Positions 14,026-22,609 of a DNA stretch of 32,000 nt are shown piece after piece. The DNA comes from Candidatus Methylomirabilis oxygeniifera (GTDB lineage Bacteria > Methylomirabilota > Methylomirabilia > Methylomirabilales > Methylomirabilaceae). The position numbers and the translations under genes are program-made. The first letter of the stretch is position 1. Each line of letters begins with the position of its first letter. Under the pieces are notes generated by a model. That model saw only the letters and a list, made by a program, of their open reading frames with translations, was not told the origin of the DNA and did not search any database. The stretch covers positions 1,980,001 to 2,012,000 of the forward strand of contig FP565575.1 of assembly GCA_000091165.1 (NCBI GenBank), read 5' to 3'.

Positions 14026-16913
14026 GATCTACGCTGAAGCCGAAGGATTTGTTCGGCGAGTTCCACCATACGATCTCTTCCAACCACGGGCAGAAGCACC
14101 TTGTACAGCTCGGCCTTCAGGTGGCGGAGGTGAGCGGTGTTGTACCGGTAGTTCGGAAACCGTCCAACGGCAGCATCGATGAGGGGCGCGACCCTTTCGG
14201 GCTCCGAAGCTCCTGCTTGCTTGAGGACCCAATAGATCGTAAAGGTGTTGAGATCGAATCCCGTCTGCTCGCGTTCCCTGGTTGCCTGGGCATACTCCGC
14301 CAGCAACCTCTCAAGTTGCTTCAGCGCCTCCTGCGTGCTGATCTGTCGATCATCGTACGATTCCAGGACGGCCTCCGCCCGCTCACCGATTGGCACCAGG
14401 TAGGGTTGCTGTTCGCCTTTTTCATTTACGCCCTGGATGAGGCTCCTGCCAAGATTGATGACCTTCGCAGGCCCGGAGCCGTCGGCCTTCCTTAACGCCT
14501 CGAGAGTCTTTTCGTCGATCTTCACCAAAGGCATGGAGGTTGGAAGTGTATACGCCCGAGCCCACTCACGAACCAACGATTCGGTCTTCTTGGCAATCTC
14601 CTCATACAGAACAGGGCCTTGTCTGAAGGCGTTTCGGACGATCTGGTAGAGAACGGAAAGCTTCTTGTAGCTGTCGAGTTGGGGCCGCAAGAATGGGTCC
14701 GGGGAGATGATCTCGTAAAGGGCCTCAATCTCCCTGAAGAATGTGTAGAATCGTTCCCGCCGCTCCCTGTCGGCAAATGCGTCGATGGCCAGCTCGACGG
14801 CCTTGTCGTCAATAGGATCTTCGCAGAACGCGAGATACGGCTGTGCCTCTACGGCTATGAGCGCGGCGAAGCGCTCCTTGAGGACATCGAGGTTTTGGAT
14901 GACGCTGGCGACGGTGTCGGAATCGAAAGCCAGTGCCTTTTCGAGCTTCTCAAAAATTCCGACGAAATCCAGGACAAAGCCGCCCGGCTTCTTAACCCCG
15001 CCCTCATCCTGATATGGCCTGTTGACGCGGGCAATGGCCTGCAGCAGCGTGTGATCCCGCATCGGCTTGTCCAGGTACATGCAGTAGAGGATGGGAGCGT
15101 CGAAGCCGGTCAGGAGCTTTTCGGTTACGATGAGAATCTTCGGAAGTGAGTCCCGTTTGAGGAACGTCTTCCGAATCGCTTTTTCGTCGTCCTTGCTCAG
15201 TCGGTACTGAGCCAGGATATCATCGTCATCGAGAGCGGAAGAGTAGACGACGGTGGAGTAGTCAGGAGGCAGATACCGGTCCAGTGCCCTCTTGTACAGG
15301 GCGCACGCCTCCCGATCGACCCCCACGAGAAAGGCCTTGTAGCCGAGTGGCTCGACGTTCTCACGGAAATGGCGAGCGACATACTGAGCCACCTGCTCAA
15401 CGCGATCGGACGCCTTCAAAAATGCCTTGAGCCTTACGGCCTTATTGAGGATTCGGTTCAGCTCCTCGATATCGCTCACGCCCTCGGCTTCCACCAGGTC
15501 CAGGAACTCTCTTTCGAGCTGCTCCCGCGGCACTCTGATATCGTTTGGCGCCAGGGTGTAATGCAACTCCAGGGTCGTGCCGTCCTCGATCGACTCGGAG
15601 ATGGAATACTTGTCCAGATATCCCTGGGGATCATCCTTGCCAAAGACCTTGAAGGTCCCCTTGCCGTAGGCGATCTTATCGATGGGCGTCCCAGTGAAAC
15701 CGATCATCGTGGCATTCGGCAGGGCGGCGACCAAGTAGTTTCCGAGGTCTCCGCTCATGCTCCGGTGGGCCTCATCCACCAGGATGAAGACATTGTTTCG
15801 GGTACACAAGTCTGCGTCGGCCCGGTCGAATTTGTGAATCATCGAGACGATCAACCCCCGGTAGTCGGCGCGCAACAGCTCGCGCAGGTGCGCCTTGCTC
15901 CGGGCAAGCTCGGCCTTACCGTCACCGAAGACGCTTACGATCCAGCCGGCGAGTTGCCCTTCCAACTCGTTGCGATCGACCAGCATGATGACCGTAGGCT
16001 TCTCAAAGGCCGGATGGCGAAGGATCTGCTCCGCAGCCTTAATCATCGTGAAGGTCTTGCCAGAGCCTTGGGTGTGCCAGACCAGCCCCCGGGTCTTCTC
16101 CGGGTCGAGTACGCGGTCCACTACCTTTTCGACGACGCGAGTCTGGTGCTGGCGGAGGACGATCTTACGCAGCTCATCGTCCCGGGTATAGAAGATAATC
16201 CACTCACCCATGAGCTTGAGAAATCGCTCGCGGCTGAAGAAGCGCTTGACCTTCCTTTCGAAGTCGCCGCGCTCCTCATCCTTCCAGTTGAAGATATCCT
16301 TTCGGTCAAGATTCCAGGTGACGCCATAATAGAAGTCGATGAGATGGGTGACGTTAAAGAGTTGTGGCGCCGTCATCAGTTCGGGGGTCTCCCGGTGGTA
16401 GCGCCGGAGACGGACGATTGCCTCGTCGATACCGGCCGGTCTTCTCGCCCCTTTAGTCTCCACGAGCGCCAGGGGGATGCCGTTGATCACAAACATGACA
16501 TCGGCGCGATTCGTGTGCTGTCCGTTGGTGTATTGCCACTCCTCCGTCACGTGGAAGACATTGTGGGCTGGATGCTCAAAATCGATGAGGATTACGTTGC
16601 GCTGGCGCTTTTCATTCTGAACATACACCGACCGCTCACCCCGAAGCCACGCAAGCATTTCAGCATTGCCTTCGATGGTATTCCGGACGCTCTCGATGCT
16701 GGCGATGACCTGATCGACGTTGTCTATCGTCACGACACCGGGATTGAGGGCGATAAGCTTGTCTCGAAGGGTCGGATAGAGCAGCGTGCCGCTCTCCCCG
16801 CGCCTGAGTGTCAGGGCCTCATCGGGCGACAGATAACCCCACCCGATCTCTACGGCATAGCCGATCATCGGGTCCTGTACCGTAGAGCGTTCGGTTCCGA
16901 GATTAGGAGGCAT
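14022..16913 (-). CDS. hsdR: Type I restriction enzyme R subunit (SF2 helicase/translocase + nuclease)
   Basis: The track ORF starts at TTG 16928. ATG 16913 gives MPPNLGTER..., matching the start of the relic copy at 18790. It has the helicase motifs TQGSGKTFT (I) and ILVDEAHRS (II), with type I HsdR length and layout. Confidence 0.92.
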   Translation of the reverse strand: MPPNLGTERSTVQDPMIGYAVEIGWGYLSPDEALTLRRGESGTLLYPTLRDKLIALNPGVVTIDNVDQVIASIESVRNTIEGNAEMLAWLRGERSVYVQNEKRQRNVILIDFEHPAHNVFHVTEEWQYTNGQHTNRADVMFVINGIPLALVETKGARRPAGIDEAIVRLRRYHRETPELMTAPQLFNVTHLIDFYYGVTWNLDRKDIFNWKDEERGDFERKVKRFFSRERFLKLMGEWIIFYTRDDELRKIVLRQHQTRVVEKVVDRVLDPEKTRGLVWHTQGSGKTFTMIKAAEQILRHPAFEKPTVIMLVDRNELEGQLAGWIVSVFGDGKAELARSKAHLRELLRADYRGLIVSMIHKFDRADADLCTRNNVFILVDEAHRSMSGDLGNYLVAALPNATMIGFTGTPIDKIAYGKGTFKVFGKDDPQGYLDKYSISESIEDGTTLELHYTLAPNDIRVPREQLEREFLDLVEAEGVSDIEELNRILNKAVRLKAFLKASDRVEQVAQYVARHFRENVEPLGYKAFLVGVDREACALYKRALDRYLPPDYSTVVYSSALDDDDILAQYRLSKDDEKAIRKTFLKRDSLPKILIVTEKLLTGFDAPILYCMYLDKPMRDHTLLQAIARVNRPYQDEGGVKKPGGFVLDFVGIFEKLEKALAFDSDTVASVIQNLDVLKERFAALIAVEAQPYLAFCEDPIDDKAVELAIDAFADRERRERFYTFFREIEALYEIISPDPFLRPQLDSYKKLSVLYQIVRNAFRQGPVLYEEIAKKTESLVREWARAYTLPTSMPLVKIDEKTLEALRKADGSGPAKVINLGRSLIQGVNEKGEQQPYLVPIGERAEAVLESYDDRQISTQEALKQLERLLAEYAQATREREQTGFDLNTFTIYWVLKQAGASEPERVAPLIDAAVGRFPNYRYNTAHLRHLKAELYKVLLPVVGRDRMVELAEQILRLQRRS

Positions 16914-17027
16914 ACCATCTATTCCCAATTTCCGTCAGAATTGCTTGGGATTTGTTTTTTATCTACAATTCAGTAAGCAAATAAAGACAAGAGAAATCAT
17001 ATTGTTACAACCACGAATTGCTTTTTA

Positions 17028-18686
17028 TCACGTGTTACCTGTGTCTTTTGATGCAATTCCGGGATCTGCGCCTGGATACCAACGGCTAGCCTTGGTGTGA
17101 CCGACATTGTGAATTCGCCCCTCGGATTTAAGTTCTCTGAGTAATGTCTGGACTTGGGCTCTCGACAGTGCCGGCAGGACCTGCATCAACTCCCGGAGTT
17201 GGCTACCCTCTGTCTCATTTTCCTCAATGTGCCTCGCAAGTAGCGTCTTATTCGTTTCGCGATCAAGACCCCGTCTTCGAGTATAGGCGCCTTTCCTACC
17301 CATAAATTGGTGGAACCGCCTTGACAGAAGGTAGCGGGCTCCCTTGCCATGGCCTACGGTCTCAATGACGCCCCGATCCCTTAAGATGGCTAACCGATCT
17401 TTCAATACTGGGGCGATCCGTTGCTCCCTATGAACCAAGTCCAAAACAAGCAGATCTTCGAGTGTAAACGATGCCAAGGTTTCCTTGCCGATCTTCTCAA
17501 GAAATCGTAGAAACACAGGGTCTTGAACATCACCCCGGAGGGTAAGGAACACCTGGTAGTCATCGGTCCCCGAGAAATCAGGTCGAGGTTTGCTTTCCCT
17601 GATGCACTGCCTAAACATTCGGTCGGCTCCTTGACCTGCGCGCTCAACCAGCCCGCACCTGGCAAACACCTCTGCGATTCGGCGGTTCCGGGGAACTTGC
17701 TTTCTTAAGATGTTTTCGGGTGTAACACCAGGCGGGAAACCGCCAGGGCTGATGACCTCCAACTTTCGAGGCAACTGACGGACAAAGACTGACCCTGCTA
17801 GACGATAATCACGATGGCTGACCGCGTTGAGGATTGCCTCGCGAACTACCATCTCATTGAAAGTAGGGATATCCCACACATAAAGACCATCCTGAAAATG
17901 CTGGACTTCATTGCGAAGGTTGATCGTATCCCATAAATCGTCGTTAAAGAGAAAAAAGCCTTGTCGGTACTCTTTACGTTGCTGATAAGGAATTGAGGCC
18001 TCACTGGACCGATACTCGAAGATTACCTCTGACTGTGCCAAGTGCCTACCAATTGCTTGCCTGGTCCCAAGAAGGATCAAGGCGGCATAAGTAACGCTGC
18101 CGTTCACGATCAACTCCGCATCCTTCAAGAGCTGCTCACCTGAAAGTTGCGCAAGAGCCTCATTTCCGGATTTACGGCGCCACATCTCACGGAAGCGTTG
18201 GACAGCCAATGGATCGAGATCAGCAGGCATCGCAGGGGGGCAGAGTTCGGCCGAAAAATCTGGTCCGGCTTCATCGAAAATGCGTTTAAGTTGATCGGGT
18301 GTCATCGGCACCAACGCCTCGCCACCCCGCATCCAGTAGGCGCCCTTGTATTGGATCGGCATGCCAATTGGACGAGGCGGCACTGAAATCACAAGGACCC
18401 GACCATCTGGATGCAATACCTCGTCAATCTCAATGCGCAAATGCAGACGTTCGATAAGCCCCGACTTGGTGCGTTCCAGATGTTCGAACGCGCGACTGCC
18501 GACGATCCGTCTCGGTAGCTTGTTCGTAATACCGAGAACCATCCGGCCGCCGCCTTCGTTAGCCAGCGCGACGCAGTACCTGACCAACTCCTCAAATTCG
18601 TAACTGTTCTTCGCTTCCTTGAACTCAAGGTGCTCGTCTTCCTTGCTGTCCATCCACCTTCGGATCTCGTCTAGACTTACACTCAT
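17028..18686 (-). CDS. AlbA_2 (Schlafen-like) + HATPase_c_4 + C-terminal wHTH protein (family often mis-annotated as RecG-like or transcriptional regulator)
   Basis: Starts at ATG 18686 (MSVSLDEIRRWMDSKEDEHLEFKEAKNSYEFEELVRYCVALANEGGGRMVLGI), a typical AlbA_2 N-terminus. The central AILNAVSHRDY region is HATPase_c_4-like. The C-terminal LRELMQVLPALSRAQVQTLLRELKSEGRI is wHTH-like. Domain calls are from memory of the family consensus, not from a search. Confidence 0.7.
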   Translation of the reverse strand: MSVSLDEIRRWMDSKEDEHLEFKEAKNSYEFEELVRYCVALANEGGGRMVLGITNKLPRRIVGSRAFEHLERTKSGLIERLHLRIEIDEVLHPDGRVLVISVPPRPIGMPIQYKGAYWMRGGEALVPMTPDQLKRIFDEAGPDFSAELCPPAMPADLDPLAVQRFREMWRRKSGNEALAQLSGEQLLKDAELIVNGSVTYAALILLGTRQAIGRHLAQSEVIFEYRSSEASIPYQQRKEYRQGFFLFNDDLWDTINLRNEVQHFQDGLYVWDIPTFNEMVVREAILNAVSHRDYRLAGSVFVRQLPRKLEVISPGGFPPGVTPENILRKQVPRNRRIAEVFARCGLVERAGQGADRMFRQCIRESKPRPDFSGTDDYQVFLTLRGDVQDPVFLRFLEKIGKETLASFTLEDLLVLDLVHREQRIAPVLKDRLAILRDRGVIETVGHGKGARYLLSRRFHQFMGRKGAYTRRRGLDRETNKTLLARHIEENETEGSQLRELMQVLPALSRAQVQTLLRELKSEGRIHNVGHTKASRWYPGADPGIASKDTGNT

Positions 18687-18790
18687 GGCTGTATCGCTTC
18701 CGGTGAGAGATAGCCCCACCCGATCCCGACGGCGCACCCGACGAGGGGATCTTGAACGATTGGCCGTTCGGTTCCGAGATTAGGATGCAT
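18683..18790 (-). pseudogene. Relic 5' end of a second, diverged hsdR (35 codons), now a leader ORF overlapping the AlbA_2 start
   Basis: It translates to MHPNLGTERPIVQDPLVGCAVGIGWGYLSPEAIQP*, versus MPPNLGTERSTVQDPMIGYAVEIGWGYLSPDEAL for the real HsdR N-terminus. My hand alignment gives 68/90 nt and 23/30 aa identical. Its TGA overlaps the AlbA_2 ATG (ccATGAgt). Confidence 0.8.
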
Positions 18791-18810
18791 CACGGCGAAT
18801 TGACCAATCC

Positions 18811-19725
18811 TTAACCGCTGAATTCACTAGCGGCAAGATACGCCTCCCCTGTCTGCGACGCGTGTCTTCTCACACGCTCAACAACGTCCGCAAGGCCCAT
18901 GATTCCACCAAGGATCAGATACAGATGGTTGTGGTCAAACAGTAGAATCGGAGTTCTTTCTCCTGATGCTTCCTGTAGGGCGACTGACGAGTACCCGGAG
19001 ATCGAAACCATGATGCCCATCGTATTGTCCGCCTTTGAAGTAACCTTCTTGAAAAAGGTGTCGATATCGTTGGCGCCCGCTTGTTCGGTGGTGAATTTCA
19101 GCTCTACGAGGTAAGTGGTACCGGAAAGCGTCAGCGAGCCGTCGATCTGGCGACCTGCGTGGACATAGGGCTTACGATTAGGAATTTCGGAGAAATCGAC
19201 CAGGTCGTAGAACCAGTTCTGGAAATCATATCCTGCCTGTTGATCTCCGAGCCTCGTACCCAATTCGGTCAATCGGTCATTGAGTTTTTTGAGGGACTGT
19301 TGGGAGCGACTGACTTGCCCCTGACGTTTTCGAAATTCCTCCTTGGCTTTCTGTTTCTCTTCTTCCGATTGCAGTTCGTCCTCTTGCTGGGAGTGGTACA
19401 CGCGCAGGCGTGTGACGGCATCGTGCGCGGCCTTGATTTTCTGCGCCGAGTCTTCCCAATTCTGGAGATCCGGAAAAGTTTGTTGATCCATTAGGTGGGT
19501 GGCAATTCGCAAGAGCCCTGAGCGCCCTTGGTCGGTCTTCGGAAGCTCAGTAAAGACGCGATCAAGGAAGTCTCTCTTTGTCTCCTCAGACCCCCACGTC
19601 GCTATGAACGACTCGGAAATCCCACACTGGCGGAGAAACTTCGACAACGCTTTCTTCCTCCAGAATGACTTCAGGCAGGTGTCGTAAACCAAGCCAATGT
19701 AGTATGGTGTCAATCGAGACTTCAC
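18811..19725 (-). CDS. Unknown N-terminal domain + coiled coil + C-terminal PD-(D/E)xK (Mrr_cat-like) nuclease domain
   Basis: 304 aa with a GTG start (uncertain). A charged coiled segment (QQEDELQSEEEKQKAKEEFRKRQGQVSRSQQSLKKLNDRLTEL) precedes GYDFQNWFYDL...GRQIDGSL...YLVELKF. This supplies the D (19141-19143) and ExK (19096-19104) of a restriction-endonuclease fold. Confidence 0.65.
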   Translation of the reverse strand: MKSRLTPYYIGLVYDTCLKSFWRKKALSKFLRQCGISESFIATWGSEETKRDFLDRVFTELPKTDQGRSGLLRIATHLMDQQTFPDLQNWEDSAQKIKAAHDAVTRLRVYHSQQEDELQSEEEKQKAKEEFRKRQGQVSRSQQSLKKLNDRLTELGTRLGDQQAGYDFQNWFYDLVDFSEIPNRKPYVHAGRQIDGSLTLSGTTYLVELKFTTEQAGANDIDTFFKKVTSKADNTMGIMVSISGYSSVALQEASGERTPILLFDHNHLYLILGGIMGLADVVERVRRHASQTGEAYLAASEFSG

Positions 19726-19800
19726 TGTTTTTTGGCCAACGCCTCGGCGCCGATCGGCCAGCAGAGCTAGCCCGCTGAAGCGCCCTATTCTGCGTGCCCT

Positions 19801-21153
19801 CTATTTCTTCAGGACCGCCAGTATCTTCGCAGCTACAACTGCCACTCCCTCCGCAGACTGCGCTGCGACTCGATCAGCCAGGGTCGGCGAGTAAGCCAGG
19901 ACGCCGTCACGATCGGTCTCGTGCCACACAGGCAGCACAGCCTTCTCGCCCGACGCCGTCTCACGAGCGACGAGCCCGTCAAGCTCTTTCTGCGGCCACT
20001 GTTTCCGAAAGAAGTGAGGGCTTAGGATGACCACCCCATACCGGCATTTCGTGAGGCCTTCGTCGATCTTGCGGCGCAAGCTATCGCCCAGTTCCAGGAC
20101 CGCCTCGTCAAACCACACCCTCACGCCCTGAGCGTTGAGTTCCTGATACAGCGGTCGCGCGATCGCATCTTTGTCCTCGGACGCATGCGAAATGAAGACG
20201 TCGAATGGTTCGAGTTGCTGGTTCTGCGCCTGCCCCGCTTGACTGGGCTCTTGGATTCGCTTGTCGATCGATGTGAGGGCCTCGGCCTGCTGCTGTTTGA
20301 GGTCCGTGATTTGCCGATGAATCGCCATCTCGGAGGGTTGGGTTTGCGCCACCCTCGTGATAGCCTCAAGCGCGTGCTGCACGTCGGCCACCAGATCCTG
20401 AAACGCCTGGGAAGGCAGATCGAAACCCGGTGTCTGTTGAGCGAGTTGCAAAAGTTGCTGACCCAGTTCCTGGACCTGGATCGCCGATTCAGCAGTCGGC
20501 TTGGCTTGAAATTGTCGGAAAGCCGCCTCGAACTGCGCCCTTACCTGGTTTAGAGCCGTCAGCGGTCGGGTAGGAGCAAGAAGGTTGAAAACCGCTGTCT
20601 GTTGTTGCTTGACATTCTCCCGCACTTGTCCCCATTGCCGCGCTAGGTCCAGCTTTTTGTTCAACGCGCCGTGAATGTTGATGATCGATTGAGTCTCCCC
20701 TGTCTCCTGACTGCGTTGCGTGGCCAGTAGGGCGATGTCAATCTCTGACCAGATTTTAGCTAAGGTCCTTTCTCGCATAGCATCAAACGAGGGGAGGGCA
20801 TTGCCACGCAAGTTCTCACTAGCGAAACGATGTATCGTGATCAGGTCGTCACAGTCAGCGGCCAGTTGACTAGCAATCTCCTCTTTAAGCTGACGATTGA
20901 GCCCAACATCGATAGCTAACGATTGACCTGATACAATACGGCTCAGCACTTTCCAAGCCAGCAGTGCCCGGATGTCCAGTTCGCGCATGAGCGCCTGTCC
21001 GGTTTTCTCCTTTAATCCCCCCGACGTCCCAAGGCCCTGAAGAGCCAGCTCCTGCTGGATTTCTTGGACCTCTCGGCTAAATCTTTCCCGCCGTCCGTCA
21101 AATTCGATTCGGATTCGCGTTATAGCGAGTTCAAGTAGCTCAGGGTTTAACAT
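19801..21153 (-). CDS. Unknown helical/coiled-coil N-terminal region + C-terminal TIR domain protein
   Basis: The C-terminal ~135 aa read FDVFISHASEDKDAIARPLYQELNAQGVRVWFDEAVLELGDSL...VVILSPHFFRKQWPQKELDGL, a bacterial TIR_2-type domain. The conserved Glu lies in WPQKEL (codon 19984-19986). ATG 21153 overlaps the hsdS 3' end by 14 nt; the track start is TTG 21189. Confidence 0.8.
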   Translation of the reverse strand: MLNPELLELAITRIRIEFDGRRERFSREVQEIQQELALQGLGTSGGLKEKTGQALMRELDIRALLAWKVLSRIVSGQSLAIDVGLNRQLKEEIASQLAADCDDLITIHRFASENLRGNALPSFDAMRERTLAKIWSEIDIALLATQRSQETGETQSIINIHGALNKKLDLARQWGQVRENVKQQQTAVFNLLAPTRPLTALNQVRAQFEAAFRQFQAKPTAESAIQVQELGQQLLQLAQQTPGFDLPSQAFQDLVADVQHALEAITRVAQTQPSEMAIHRQITDLKQQQAEALTSIDKRIQEPSQAGQAQNQQLEPFDVFISHASEDKDAIARPLYQELNAQGVRVWFDEAVLELGDSLRRKIDEGLTKCRYGVVILSPHFFRKQWPQKELDGLVARETASGEKAVLPVWHETDRDGVLAYSPTLADRVAAQSAEGVAVVAAKILAVLKK

Positions 21154-22492
21154 TACCCTTTGCCTGTAGCACGGCTTCAATGGGCTCAATAGCGGTGCTC
21201 ACTCGAACTTGGCCGGTCATGAGCAGGTGGAGCATGGAAGAGAAAAGTGACTTAAGAGTATCGCGCCTTGCCCATGCCAACTCCAGCTTGTTATCCAGAC
21301 AGCGCAAGCTATGTGCGATCTCTTGCTGCTCTTCGATAGAGGGTCTGGGGGTCGACCATGGTTTGAGAAAGTTAATGTTGATATTCTTCTGCGTCCCCTT
21401 TGGAGCCAGATGGTTCATGTCCGCTTTCTGCGTGCGGAGATAGCATTCCAGGAAAGCGGCATCCATAGTTCCATCTGGAGTGATTCCAACTAGGCTGTCC
21501 GGAAAGGCGCTATCGAATTCCAGAATCGCCGTGTCAGCGATATTTGCCGCAATGGTGAGCACGATCGTTCCTTTCGGGAATAGTCGGCTGATCGCCAGAC
21601 CTTCTTCATTAAGTGTCTGCGAATAGGTCCGAATGCGCCCGTTCGATTTGGCAACGTCCCCAGTCTGAATAAATGGGATCGCCCCCCCATAGAATCGCGG
21701 CTCATTCCGAGGACGATGGGTAAACTTTCCACGCTCGATGCTCGCTAGTTCACAGAGTCTCATCACCTCCCAGCTCTCGGGGATCTCGCCGATTTCGGTT
21801 TGCTTGAGGGGTTCGCCTCGCAGGCCTTCACAAAAAAGCTTGGCCGTGGTTGCGGCCTTAAGTTCCTTGAGCGCGGCGACGAGCTTGTCTTGTACCTCTA
21901 CCGCCGCTTGAATCTTGGACAGCACCGCCGCAATAGCGTGCTGCTCAGCAAGAGGAGGAACAAGTATCTCCTGCCCTAGGATGTCACCATCGGTTACAGC
22001 CGGATAACTGGCGCCTCGCTGCAGGTTGCCGATACGCTCGATGAATTCGTCCGTCAAGAGGGTATAGTAGATAAATCGAGAATCCGCCTGCGTAGGATTA
22101 GCTCGGAGGACGCAAAAGGCAGTGGACACAATCTGACCGTCAAGGTACTCCGGAATCATAGCAATGCGCCTCAGCATTGGGCGCACGGTCGCAAAAATCA
22201 CGTCATTGGCCCCCACAAGTTTGCGTGCCCGACTAGGAGCTGTTGTTCCCAAGTGCTCCGTGGAACCTGTAATCTTCCACAGATCATTGGATACTGCCGA
22301 GACATCAATGTATTGAAACGATGTGGCGGGGCTCTTCGTTGGGTCGGTAAGCTCAGTTGCCAGACAGAGCGAGCGAAGAGGAACTGTTCTCCAGCCATCC
22401 GGTATTCCGGAACCGTTTTGGGCTGCCCGTTCCAAAGTCAAAAACTGAGACCTTTGACGAGAGCGTCGGTACGCCTTTGTGACAGTCCTCAT
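21140..22492 (-). CDS. hsdS: Type I restriction enzyme specificity subunit
   Basis: 450 aa with two target-recognition halves. They are separated by conserved helices (LVPPLAEQHAIAAVLSKIQAAVEVQDKL and RPSIEEQQEIAHSLRCLDNKLELAWARRDTLKSLFSSMLHLLMTGQVRV). An AAGAGGA RBS is present. Confidence 0.88.
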   Translation of the reverse strand: MRTVTKAYRRSRQRSQFLTLERAAQNGSGIPDGWRTVPLRSLCLATELTDPTKSPATSFQYIDVSAVSNDLWKITGSTEHLGTTAPSRARKLVGANDVIFATVRPMLRRIAMIPEYLDGQIVSTAFCVLRANPTQADSRFIYYTLLTDEFIERIGNLQRGASYPAVTDGDILGQEILVPPLAEQHAIAAVLSKIQAAVEVQDKLVAALKELKAATTAKLFCEGLRGEPLKQTEIGEIPESWEVMRLCELASIERGKFTHRPRNEPRFYGGAIPFIQTGDVAKSNGRIRTYSQTLNEEGLAISRLFPKGTIVLTIAANIADTAILEFDSAFPDSLVGITPDGTMDAAFLECYLRTQKADMNHLAPKGTQKNININFLKPWSTPRPSIEEQQEIAHSLRCLDNKLELAWARRDTLKSLFSSMLHLLMTGQVRVSTAIEPIEAVLQAKGNVKP

Positions 22493-22609
22493 TACTCATC
22501 CTCTTCCAGAGGGGAGGCAGAAGTTAATCCGCCGACGGGCCATGCGAAGTAGCCGCTCTATGACTGTCTGGATGATAACTACCTCATTTTTTGCAGAAAG
22601 AAGTTCAAT

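Noticed and set aside
15369-16976. 535-aa plus-strand ORF antisense to hsdR, and similar long plus-strand ORFs at 4495-5514, 5361-6167, 9741-10514, 10717-11544, 12741-13592 and 23822-24604
   Set aside because: The cases I checked (15369-16976 against hsdR and 4495-5514 against panC) are codon-aligned antisense frames of well-supported minus-strand genes. I assume the same explanation for the others. All have biased, motif-free sequences.
16929-17027. AT-rich 99-bp spacer upstream of hsdR as a defined promoter
   Set aside because: It is a plausible internal promoter region, but I could not find a convincing -35/-10 pair at proper spacing. It is mentioned only as context for the cassette-insertion finding.
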